Source: Camelus dromedarius
Taxonomy: Eukaryota
Reading direction: 5' to 3'
Assembly (NCBI RefSeq): GCF_036321535.1
Contig: NC_087438.1
Coordinates: 10,728,001 to 10,792,000, forward strand
Length of the DNA stretch: 64,000 bases
Shown here piece after piece: positions 36,747 to 47,800 of this stretch. How positions within the stretch are numbered: the first letter of the stretch is position 1; each line of letters begins with the position of its first letter. A program made the position numbers and the translations under genes. The notes under the pieces were generated by a model that saw only the letters and a program-made list of their open reading frames with translations, was not told the origin of the DNA and ran no database searches.

Positions 36747-37396
36747 ATTGAAGTATAGTCAGTTTACAATGTTGTGTCAATTTCTGGTGTATAGAATAAA
36801 GTTTCAGTCATACATAGACATACATATATTTGTTTTCATATTCTTTTTCATTATAGGCTACTACAAGATATTGAATATAGTTCCCTATGCTACAGTAGAA
36901 ACTTATTATTTATCTATTTTATATGTAGTAGTTAGTATCTGCAAACCTCAAACTTCCAATTTATCCCCTTCCTGCCTCCTTTTCCCCCAGGTAACCATAA
37001 GTTCATTTTTTATGGCTATGAATATGTCTCTGTTTTGTAAATAAGCTCATTTGTGTCATTTTTTTAAGATCCCACATATGAGTGATATCATATGGTATTT
37101 TTCTTTCTCTTTCTGGCTTACTTCACTTAGAATAGTGATCTCCAGGTCCATCCATGTTGCTGTAAATGGTATTATTTTATTCTTTTTTATGACTGAGTAG
37201 TATTCCATTGCATAAATATACCAAACTTCTTTATCCAGTCATTTGTTGATGAAGATTTAGGTTGTTTCCATGTCTTGGTTATTGTAAATAGTGCTGCAAT
37301 GAACATTAGAGTGCATGTGTCTTTTCAAATTAGAGTTCCCTCCAATATATATGCCCAGGAGTGGGATTGCTGATAAGTCTTTTTAGTTTTTTAAAG
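36747..37396 (-). mobile_element. L1 3' end, about 650 bp
   Basis: attgaagtatagtcagtttacaatg...atgcccaggagtgggattgctg. Confidence 0.92.
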
Positions 37397-38514
37397 AAGG
37401 AAATTTTTCTTTTTGTTATTTTTAATGCTTTACCCTAAAATATAAAAGTGTTTCCAGCTCTTGCATTCTGCAATTCCTAATAATAGGAAATGAACTGACA
37501 ATTTGTATACAGGCCTCATAATAACAGGAAACTGATTAAATACATGGTAGATTGCATGGTATCTATTTTTGCAACATGAAACCATTTCAGGTTTCATGTT
37601 AAACCTTCAGAATCAGCTCATCTTTGCCCCATTTCTATTTCCTCATTGCTCCTGCGCTCATATATGTTTATGGAACATTGTGTGTATTTTAGCAGCAACA
37701 AGGATTAAAATAGTTCAGGCTCCAAGAACAAAACTGAAATGATGTTTTCCAGGGTGCAGAACGGCTACCTAGCTTGACAAAAGCGAGCGCAATGGGCTTT
37801 TTTGTGGTGGGCGTCGGGCCAGGCTTGTTCTGCTACTTCTTCCTACTTTATGATCTTGTTAAGATTGACCTCTACTTAGCATGTGGTATTTTTTCAACTA
37901 AAATAAAATTCATAATTGGGCTCATTTTCATGAGTGACTATAAAAGTTTTACTTTCAACCCTACCCGTTAACAGGGAAACAACCCTGCCTTCTCTACACT
38001 TGGAACAAACAAAATAAAAACAACAAACAGAATAACTACTGGAAATATTGGACTAACTAAAAAAAAAGGTATTGAGTTTAGTCTTAAATGGTGTGAAAGT
38101 CTCAAACAGTCCACAAATATAGTGCTTAATTTAATTTAAATATGCTGTGTTTCTCTAAAACCCGTCTCCCTCTTCCTCGCCCCCTCTACCACCTCTCTGG
38201 GAGGTCTTTTATAATGAGAACTTTCTGTGGCAGAATTGTCATTGCATTCGTTTCAGGCATGGGTTATTTCTGGGACAATGGCAGATTAATTGACAGGAGG
38301 CTGGGCGAGTCTTTATTATTTAGTTTTGTTATCCTTAAATACTTACTGGGTAATTTTTTGATTAAATTTGTCTATCGGATACAGTAGATTTGATCAACAT
38401 TGTGCAAGGGTACAGTAATGCAATCTTTCTTATAGTACTGTATTTGATTTGAATGGATTATTTAATCAATAACGATCAGTTCGGTCCTCAGAGATCCACA
38501 GGCAATTCCCATTT

Positions 38515-38552
<38 letters not shown>

Positions 38553-38567
38553 AAAGAGAAGAGAGAA
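38515..38567. repeat. Compound (TG)n(AG)n microsatellite
   Basis: Directly visible dinucleotide runs. Confidence 0.9.
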
Positions 38568-39484
38568 GGGTTGGGGAGAGAGGCAGTTTAGACCCTTGGA
38601 TCCAGTTATATCTAAAACCATACATGCCTCCAAGCTTTTTAATTTCAGCAGCCGTTGCATTCCTTTTTTATCTGAACCAGTTTGAATTGGGTTTCTGTCA
38701 TATGTTACTACCATGAGAAAAGAAATGAATAGAAGTTTTTAAAAACAATTGTATTTAGAGGGCTGAAGACAAATAAGAGTGTAGGTAATAAAAGCCTGCG
38801 GAGGCAGGAAATCCAAGGCGGGGGAGGAGACTAACAAAAAGCAGGAGAAGGTAACAGTGTCCTGTCGTCACACATCAGGGAGCAAGGGCTCTGCCCAGAA
38901 GCTTGACTTGGGGTCCAGGAAAAACTCTGAGGGAGCGTTCTTGGCAGCAGAGGGGTGGAGAGGAAGGTGCGTGGCCAGGAGCTGGGGAAAGAGTGGGCGG
39001 TTTCCTTTTTCCATAAAAGGGACTTCTAGTCACTTGGGCTGGAAACCTTGGAATCAAATCTTCCACCTCCCTTGCCGCAGCCCACACATCCAAACAGTCA
39101 TCTCGTTCTGTAAATCTCCCTCCCCAGTGACTCTCAGACTCCTGCCTTCCTTCCTATTCCCACTGCCAACGGCTTGGTTCAGGTGCCCAGTATACTTTCC
39201 GGGAACCTGTAAGGACCTCTGCGCAGCTCCCGTGCCCACGGGTGTTCACCTCTGTCATCTGTGTTTTATTCTGCTGCCAGGTTATTTAGTCCTAAGTCTC
39301 GGTTCTGATTATAAAATAGCCACACAGGGTGAGGGGGCCTTGGACTAGAAACCCACAGCCAGCTCTGACTTGCTGAGGGATCTTGGGAAAGATTTGTAGA
39401 AACCTCGCTAGGTCTGAGGATCTAATCTTTGAAGTGAGGGGTTGGACCAAGCTCTCTGACATTCATTGCCTCCCTACTGTCTGT

Positions 39485-39520
<36 letters not shown>

Positions 39521-40039
39521 TGGCCCTATTCTAACTCTTTCAGCCCTAACTCCTTTAACATACACACACCTTAGCCACAGTGAAATACTTTTTGTCCCTT
39601 GGTGCCTCCACCCCTCAGCTTGTATCTTCCTACCTCTGTTCATTCCTACCTCTGTTCATTTCACCTGCAATCCTTTGTCTGTTCATAGGGCATCCTATCC
39701 AGCCTCTGAGCCCAAGTTCAAACGCTGTCTATGGATGTTCCTGGACTCCCAGCTGAGAGCCATCTTACCCCATCTTCTCTGCAGGATGCTTTGCTATGTC
39801 CTATTGTCATCTGAGCATGCACCTTGCTTCCCACCAAGTTATTCACAACTTGAGGATCGAAACATGGCAGTATTCATCCTTGTAGCCATCAAGGCATCCA
39901 GCACAGTAGTTAGTTCTCAGTAAATGTGAAATCACATCCTTTATTCTTGTGTGGCCAACTCAGGCATCTTGCAGAGCTCCCCCAGATCACTCTGATGTGT
40001 AGGTCTGCTGAATAGGGTTAGGTAATAATAATAGAAGAG

Positions 40040-40500
40040 ACTTTGCCATTTGTAGCAATGTGAATGGACCTGGAATTGTCATTCTAAGTGAGGTAAGCCA
40101 GAAAGAGAAAGAAAAATACCATATGATATCACTCATATGTGGAATCTTAAAAAAAGAAAAGGACACAAATGAACTTATTTACAAGACAGAGACAGACTCA
40201 CAGACATAGAAAACAAACTTATGGTTACCGTGGTAAACAGGGGATGGGGAGGGATAAGTTGGGAGTTTGGGATTTGCAGATACATACTACTGTATATAAA
40301 ATAGATAAACAACAAAGTCCTACTGTGTAGCACAGGGAACTATATTCAATACCTTGTAATAATCTATAATGAAAAATAATATGAAAAGGAATATATATAT
40401 GTACAACTGAATCACTATGCTATACACCACAAATTAACACAATGGAAATCAACACAACATTGTAAATCAACTATACTTCAATTTTAAAAAATTAAAAAAG
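40040..40500 (+). mobile_element. L1 3' end
   Basis: ttgccatttgtagcaatgtgaatggacctgg...acattgtaaatcaactatacttcaattttaaaaa. Confidence 0.9.
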
Positions 40501-40509
40501 AAGAAGAAA

Positions 40510-40825
40510 TTGTGGGTGCCCTCTAGGAACCACAGCCATCCTCCAGGAGCGGAAGGTGGCCTCCAACTAACAGTGGGCATGAAGCTGGGGCCCTTAGTCC
40601 TACTTCTGCAAGGAAATCAATTCTGTCCATGACCTGAGAGAACCTGGAAATGGATTTTTTTCCTCCAGTCCAACCTCCAGATGAGATGTAGCTTCGCTGA
40701 TCCTTTGAGGAGAAGGAGAAGGAGGAAAAGGAGTAGACCTTGGGCAGAGGATCCAGCTAACTCACTTCTGGATTCCTAGTCCATAGAAACAGAAGTTAAA
40801 AATACATATTTAAGCTACTAAAAAT
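40510..40825 (+). mobile_element. MaLR LTR fragment (MLT1D/E-like)
   Basis: gcccttagtcctac..gcaaggaaatcaattctg...tggattcctagtccatagaaac..ttttaagctactaaa. Confidence 0.65.
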
Positions 40826-42274
40826 GGGAGGGCCTTTGAACTTCTTGGTAAGTCTCACTTGGAGCAAGCACTGATCTCATTCCAACCCACGCCAGGTAGG
40901 GGTCAGCAATGTGGAGTGTTGGGTGAAAGTTTCATTGAGAATCCTATAGCTTCACATTGAGGCCAGTCTCGCCAACACTCTCCTTGTTGTTTGCAAGATA
41001 AGGATGAGCGTGTTCTGGGCAGAAAAGAGTGGTCTCTGTGTGGTACAGCTCCTGATGGTGGAGTGAAAGGTGGAAAGGCTAGTCTGGAAGGATAAAGAAG
41101 AAATAAAGGGAAGGAAGAAAATCCCAGGGGAAAATAACGAACAGTGTAGACCGAGACCATGACAATGGTCCCAACATCCTTTTTATAGCAAGATTACCAT
41201 CTCCAGATCTGTCAACTTGTTGACATGTTGTGGCGAGACTGAGGCTTGGCCAAGCCAGTGCCCATGCCAGTGGCTAGAATTATGTGGCTCTCTCGGACCT
41301 TACACAATGAACTTTGAGACCTTCCTCCGGAATGCCGGCTTTCCTCCAGGGCTGAGGGGAAACGGGCAGCTGTACTTGGGTGAACCTTTGCTCCCTCCTT
41401 ATTGGCTTCCTCTCTCCACCCACAGCAACTGAAATCATTAAAATCCTGTATAATTAAAATTTCATCCAAGTTACACCAGTTATGTCTGCTGGCCGCAGTG
41501 AAGTGTATAAATATCTTAGAAAGACATAAAGACAGAGGCTGCTTCCTGCCCGCGGTTTCCCCTCACACAGGATGCTGTCTGCTACCCTGTCTGCTATGGA
41601 CAGCCCAATGAAGCCTGAGCTCCCTGCTCCCACCAGCCTGCTCTCACAGGACCTCGGTTCCACAGGTTATTTACAGGGATAGGGTCTAAAGGCCCCACGT
41701 TGTCAGATTTGGGAGTTTGCTCTTTCGGATCTCCCTCTTAATCTCTTTCCCTCCCCTCTTCTCTCTCTCCATTGAGATTGTGATCTCTTGCTTTTGCATA
41801 TATTTACATTAAAATGGCTAAATAAATGCCTCATCCACTCATTTAACTAGAAAACTGGAGTTTATCTCTTTGCCTCCCCATCCTCTACGCCAACATCAGA
41901 TTAATTTGTCTGAAACAAATTTGCATTGTTATTTCGTGGCTCAAAACCTCACAGTGGTTTTGCATTACCGACAGGATGATGTTGGAAGTCTATGTAAGTT
42001 CATTCACTGAATGATGAATTCTGAGCATGTATCTCATGCCAGGCACTGTCAGGGTTCTCTTGTCATAGATTCTCCAGCAGCTGCAGGAGGCAGTGAAAAG
42101 ATGATCCTGCAGCTCAGTCACTAGCATGGGGTCCTGGAGACCTGGTGTTGTGGGCAGTGTGTGCATCTCTGAGTCACGGAATACCTTACCTAGTGTGGGT
42201 ATCATTGAATTGATGATGGCTTTGCTGTCACGTCACATCCACTGAGATGCTTGTGGCAGGTCTGGGATCAGCAT

Positions 42275-42710
42275 GTGTCTTGATTTGAGTTCCCACATAA
42301 TTGACTTTGAGACAGGGATTTGAGTGCAAGCAGCTTATCTGGGAGATGGTCCCAGGCAAGTGAGACAAGAAGGGGAGAAGCCCCCAAAGATGGCATCATC
42401 AAGTCAGTAACCTTTAGGCAAGTGGAGCTCAACTCCCCTTGGGAAATCCTGGAGGCAGTGCAGAGCAGACCTCAGACTCATCCCAGTCGAGGCTTGGGAA
42501 GCCGGGCATCATCCGACATGAGTCCCCAGAGGTCTCTGTGGAGAGCGGTTCCAGGGTCCTGAACGCGATTTTATGTCTTGCTCACCTGCACGTGCCTGGG
42601 GTTGCTGGCGTTGCTCTAAACAGCCCTCCGCATGGAGAGGCGAGGGTTGTGGGTTATAGCAGGGGATTGATGGATTCACTACAGCCCGTAAGACCCCTGG
42701 TTCCTGCCTG
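42275..42710 (-). mobile_element. Old ERVL LTR (LTR16/LTR33-like)
   Basis: gactttgagacagggatttgagtgcaagcagcttatctgggagatggtcccagg. Confidence 0.5.
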
Positions 42711-42723
42711 AAGAGCGCCTTGT

Positions 42724-43333
42724 GTGGTTCATTCTCATTATTTGCGGTGATGTTCTATAAAGTCACCATGGACACCAAAGGATCCGATACTGAGCCATTA
42801 CTCATAGAGGAGACAGATAGGTAGCTACGAGCTGTCAGTCAGCAGACCAACACATAACCCCATTTTATGTGTTTCTGTTTAAAGACAGCTTATTTCTATA
42901 CACTGTGCATGACTGCTGGGCTCAAGGCCAACAGCACTTTGATTCGTCCTGATGAATCTTGTCGAGCACGTCTTCCTCGTTAAGGCTCATCGCAGCCTTC
43001 TTGATCTGGGACACTGGACGCTAGACAGCACTCTGCTTGGGGGCCATTTTAAACAATGAAATCACCAACGATAAGTAGAAAAATGACACTAAATAGACGG
43101 TGAAAAGGACACCTATTTACAGTGCGAGAGCTGAAACAGGAAGGCAGAGCGCAACCTTCTTCGACATCACCCGGAACGTGGACATCACGGAAATCAGGTT
43201 TTTTGCTGTTCTGTACGTGTCTGTGGGTGATCGCGAAAGTGCCTCGAGTTGCACTGATTGCAGGCTGACAAATAAAATTTTTTAAGTAGACGAATTCGCA
43301 AAAGCAGAATCAGTGAATAATGAGGACAAACTG
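42724..43333 (+). mobile_element. MER82-like TcMar-Tigger DNA transposon
   Basis: TIR pair attctcattatttgcgg / gtgaataatgaggacaaactg followed by TA; internal gcttgggggccattttaaaca and gagagctgaaacaggaaggcagagc. Confidence 0.85.
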
Positions 43334-44259
43334 TATTTCACTGTAGGATAAATATGGTAAACACCTACCATAAGGCTTAGTGGGGTTTAGTAAATTGCAT
43401 CCCATAAAATGTGGCCTGGTATTTTTGTGAGACTAAAGAGGGTGACTAGAGTAGGCCTGTGCAACTAGTCGGAAGCCTGTTAAATAGTTATCAGTTATCA
43501 TTTAAAAACACCAGGAGCTTATGCTCCTTAATAAAAAATACTTTTGGATCGGAACAATTTGTCTCTGGCTAATTTGGATTTTCTTGGGGACACCAGTAAC
43601 TTTCTTTGTACTGACACAGAGAAGTCAGTAGCTGAATTAGATGAATAGGCATAGAATTATTGAACTAAGCATGTTTCAGGTCACCTTCCATGCGTGTTGT
43701 ACATGAAAGAAGGGTTTTAGAAATATGAACTTGTTTGTAAAATAAGAAAGGGAAGCAAGAGGTATTAATTTGTAGAAGTAAGAGAAGAAATAAGAAAATT
43801 TATGTCTGTAGGACTATATTATACATAAATTTTTATAAATGTTATATAAAATATATACTAGACAAGTATATTTTAAATGCAAGCTAAACTAATTAGGACT
43901 GATGCAGTATTTGCTGGAAGCAATGGAAAGTATTGGGCAAAAGGAACTAGATTTTGTGGCTGATCTTGGCCGTTACTGAATGGCATATAGTAGGGTAAAG
44001 TTGGATAAAAAATTAGAGAAATGAAAGTGCTCAAAATGTGTCCATTTTCTTTGGAAGGATTTTAGTTGTTTTTGTCTACCATCTCTCTGGGTTTAATTAT
44101 AGTCAGTGCTTGGTTATGGCATGGGAGAAAAATGAAGAATTATTTCTGGATGGATTTTGAGGATAACATGATGATGCGTGGTAATAAACATCACCTGTGA
44201 GTTTCTGTTCATCGCATCCCACTAAGGTACAGTCTTTTACAGTGTTTCAAAATGAATGC

Positions 44260-45200
44260 TTGCATTCACTCATTCACTCACTCATTCATCGGTCTATACT
44301 GAATCTTCACTCGCTGGACAGCCTTCTGGGTGTTGGAGATACAGCAGTGAACTAAACCTAACTACTTCCCTCATGGAACTTACTCAGTAGTGGGGAGAGA
44401 TGGACACTGAATAAATGCATATGCAAAGCAGAATTTCAGATGCTGGTAAGAGCAAGGGAGAAACACGGAGCAGGGAAGGGAGACGGGGCTCCTTTTGTGT
44501 GCTACTTCAAGTATTTGTGATCCTCCCTTTGACTCCAGATGCTCCTGCCAAGACCAGTCCCAGCAGACTTTGGCCAGCTCTGTGCGGCTCTGGGGCTTCC
44601 ATACGCTGAGCCTGGGACACTCCATGGAAACCAGCTCTATATTCAGACATGCATAACCCCAAAGCGCAGGCAGGAGGGGGTCAATCAATGCTTCTCGTTT
44701 TTGTCCCCTGGAGCTTTAGTTCTGATATATATTTCCTATGCTTTCCTCAAAGGCACCGAGAAGGATCAGTCATCTCAGCGAGACAGCAGCTGGGTTGCAC
44801 ATCCTTGATGGCCCTTCCCTCCTTGCCTCTTTCACTCACCTGGTCCTGCCCTTCTGCTCCCTGGGATTGAATTCTCAAATAACTCCCTGCATGTAAGCCT
44901 TTGTTCAGACTCTGCTTTGGGGGATCCCATGGTAGATGGAGAATGCAGCGGTTGGAATGGTGTTGTAAGTATAAATGGGGTTTCCAGGAAAGGCATCGCT
45001 AAGAAGGCATTTTTGAGAAAAGACCTGAAGAAGGGAGGTAGGAATCATGCAGGTAACTGGGGGGACAGCATTCCAGATTCTGGGGATGACAGCAAGGACA
45101 GGGATGGGCAAGAGAGAGTGAGGAGTAAAAGGAGATGCAGCCAGAGGGATGACGGAGACCCAGATTCCATCCCATGGCACCATTGTTAGGATCTGGGTTT
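44260..45200 (-). mobile_element. L2 3' end, split by an LTR
   Basis: (CATT/CACT)n terminus, tggagatacagcagtgaac..ccctcatggaactta; resumes at ggaaaggcatcgctaagaagg. Confidence 0.7.
44516..44930 (+). mobile_element. Old ERVL LTR (LTR16/LTR33-like)
   Basis: cccttctgctccctgggatt..ctcaaataactccctgcatgtaagcctttgttcagactctgctttggggga. Confidence 0.55.
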
Positions 45201-46115
45201 CAACCCAAGTGAGATAACCAATTTATTCTCAGAAATTCTGCCTGCTTTGCCCCTTTTATATTTTATTTTTAATTTTATGTTTGTTTGATACACTTGGATC
45301 CTCATTTTCTGGGCAGGTACGTTGAATCTTTTAAAAGTGAGCTTCACTTGGTGAAAGCTGCATATTCCTATTCTCAGCTTTCTTGGGTTGCTACCGAAGT
45401 GGTGACTTCTTTGAGGACAGCGCTGCAAGTGTTATTGTACTGGATCCATGCATGTTGAACCTAGAGTGTCATTCCTAACTCCATCTAGCGAGCAGATACT
45501 TACTGAGTGCTGCTCTGTGCATGACCCTGTGAGGCAGCAGGAAGATGTTTAAGACTCTAAGGAGCTGAGAATGTGATAATGCCTGATGGCATCTGAATCA
45601 GCCGGATCGCGATCCTGAAAGTCTGCTAATTAAATATGCCACGTTCATTTTTTCCCCTTGTACATCATTTCCTTTAATTTTGCTTCTTTCCCCCTCCCCC
45701 CTTTTGCTTTTACGGGAAGAACTTCTGTACATCAAACCATATCCCTACTTATTTCAAATGTCATAAATCCTATTGCTGTTTTCAACTGTCTTACATTTCT
45801 TCTCTAATTTATCCCTACTGACTAGAGATGTAATTCTTGGGACTATTTTGACAGAGAGAGAGAGAAAGAGGAGAACTAACTATAGAGTGGGAATTCTTCT
45901 TCAATGGAGAGAAATGAGTAACTGGCCATGACTGAAGAATTTGGAAATTAAAGGAATAATGTAGATTTACGCTCAGCTAACTCTTCCACTTCCTATGCTC
46001 ATTCGATGTGTCAGGGGTGAGAGGAGTTCTCTAAGCGGTGGACATGTCCCATGAATGTCTTCTTCTTGCTCCAAAGAGAGCCTCCCTTGTCGCTTTAGAC
46101 GTTCTCTGGCCTCAC

Positions 46116-46340
46116 CCTGTCTCGGCGTTGGCTCTCTGGTCTGTACTGTTTAGTATCGCACCCTTTATTGTGCAGAGATCCTTTGTGTTGTGTCGTGTGA
46201 TTTTCGTTCTCACGGGCTTCTCTTCCTTCTTGAACCGTCTCGGTCGCGGGATCCTCCCTCTCCTCCCCTGGAACCTGGGGATCGGCAGCAGGTCACACAT
46301 CTGAGCATGCGCAGGATTTCCCGTCTCCCGGAAGTTCCTC
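46116..46340 (-). promoter_or_regulatory. Candidate promoter plus first exon (NRF1-like and ETS motifs, CpG-enriched)
   Basis: TGAGCATGCGCA at 46302-46313, CCGGAAGT at 46328-46335, minus-strand donor CAGG|GTGAGG at 46116/46115. Confidence 0.4.
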
Positions 46341-46709
46341 ATTATTAACGCGAATCACATGCATAGTAGCATGTGCCTTGTCACTTCCTTTACTTTCTGA
46401 GAAATGAAATGGTAAGGAAGGCAAGTTAAATGCAGACATTTATCAGATGACCTCCTTTCAGATGGAAATTTCCAATATTTCTAGATAACTGAACTCTCTC
46501 CTTCCATAACTTGCCAGTGTGCCAATTTTATGATCAGTTTCAAGATTAACTAATTTCTTCAGCATACTTCTATTACTGTGCCTCCTTTGGTCCTCCCTGT
46601 CTATACTATACACACCTATATGTGTATGTACATGTGTACATACCTTTTACCATTACCTAGATTTCACTACTAAAATTTTATTCTTGTATTGACAGATTTC
46701 CCCAAAGAC

Positions 46710-46845
46710 TAGAGTGACCATATGTCCCAGTTTATCTGAAACAGTGCTGGTTTATCTGTTGTTCCTCTGGTAACTAATAATTAATACCTCCCCTTTTGTT
46801 TTCAAAAGTGTGCTAATTTGGACTCTAAATTATGGGATTACCCTA
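46710..46845 (+). mobile_element. MER94-like hAT-Blackjack MITE
   Basis: TIRs tagagtgaccata / atgggattacccta, about 136 bp. Confidence 0.8.
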
Positions 46846-47584
46846 TCAAAGTTGTTTTTTCTTCCCCTCACATCCTGCATGCTCTCTCAAAGTCTGAATC
46901 CTAAGTTGGAAATAACGTAACTTAACAACATCTGTGCCCCTGGACCTTTAATTTCCTGACCCGCACTTCCAGCCTGTGGGGATTTTCCCTGTCACATGCT
47001 CCTGGCATTGTCAAGTTCACATGTGGCTGGACTGTGCCATCGACCCAACGGGTTTTTTTTTTTTTCTTCCTGGGTCTTTGACCCCTTCGTTTCAATGTGC
47101 TGCTTCCTCTGACTCTTCCCTGTAGGATGTGTTGTTTTGGCCGACCCTCATCAGGTCATGGTTGATGGTCTGTGGGAGGATGGGCTATACCTTTGGTACA
47201 GGTGAACTGGTTCTGAGTCCCTTCTCTTCCTGGTCCTCTTCTTTTTCACCAGCCCGTATCCTGAGAATCTTTGATATCTGGAATTGTTAGTTTCTTCCTG
47301 GAACACTTTGCTGTGTGTAACCAGCAGGCATGCAGAAAAGAGTTGGCTCCAACTTTTCCACCTGTTCTTCAGACAGAGAGGCCAGCCTGGCAAAATAGTG
47401 GCCTCCAGTAGAGAAAAAGAAACCTAGCAAGTTTCCGCAGGCCATAGAAACAATCCTCGCTGCTTCTCTACTTTTTGGAAAACAAGGTGTGTTGAGTGTC
47501 AAACCCTTTGCGTCTCTCTTAACACCACCCGGAGCGAGCTCCTCTCTACCTGCTCCAGGTGGAGGAAGGCTGGTCATCTCAGTG

Positions 47585-47800
47585 GTCAGTCATAACCTTG
47601 GAGTCAGACAGCTTTGGGTTTCATTCTTTACTCTGTGGCCTCAGGCAAGTTACTGTATTTCTAAGTTTCCTTGTTTGTAAAATGCGAATATCAATTCCTA
47701 TCTTGTTGGCTTTAGGGGAGAGTTAGATGAGATCATGTATACAGTATGCTGAGAATTGTGCCTGGCAATGAGTGTAAACCTAGTATATAGTTGTTTTTCT
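47585..47800 (+). mobile_element. MIR SINE
   Basis: ttggagtcagacagctttgggtttca...tgtggcctcaggcaagttact...gtttccttgtttgtaaaatg. Confidence 0.75.

Noticed and set aside
38857..39348. 163-aa ORF
   Set aside because: GTG start, no motif, GC-richer sequence and probable overlap with decayed L2; likely spurious.
39486..39517. 32-nt poly(A) run (also 972-991 and 63113-63126)
   Set aside because: No TSD or attached element visible, unlike 19232-19274; treated as simple mononucleotide runs.
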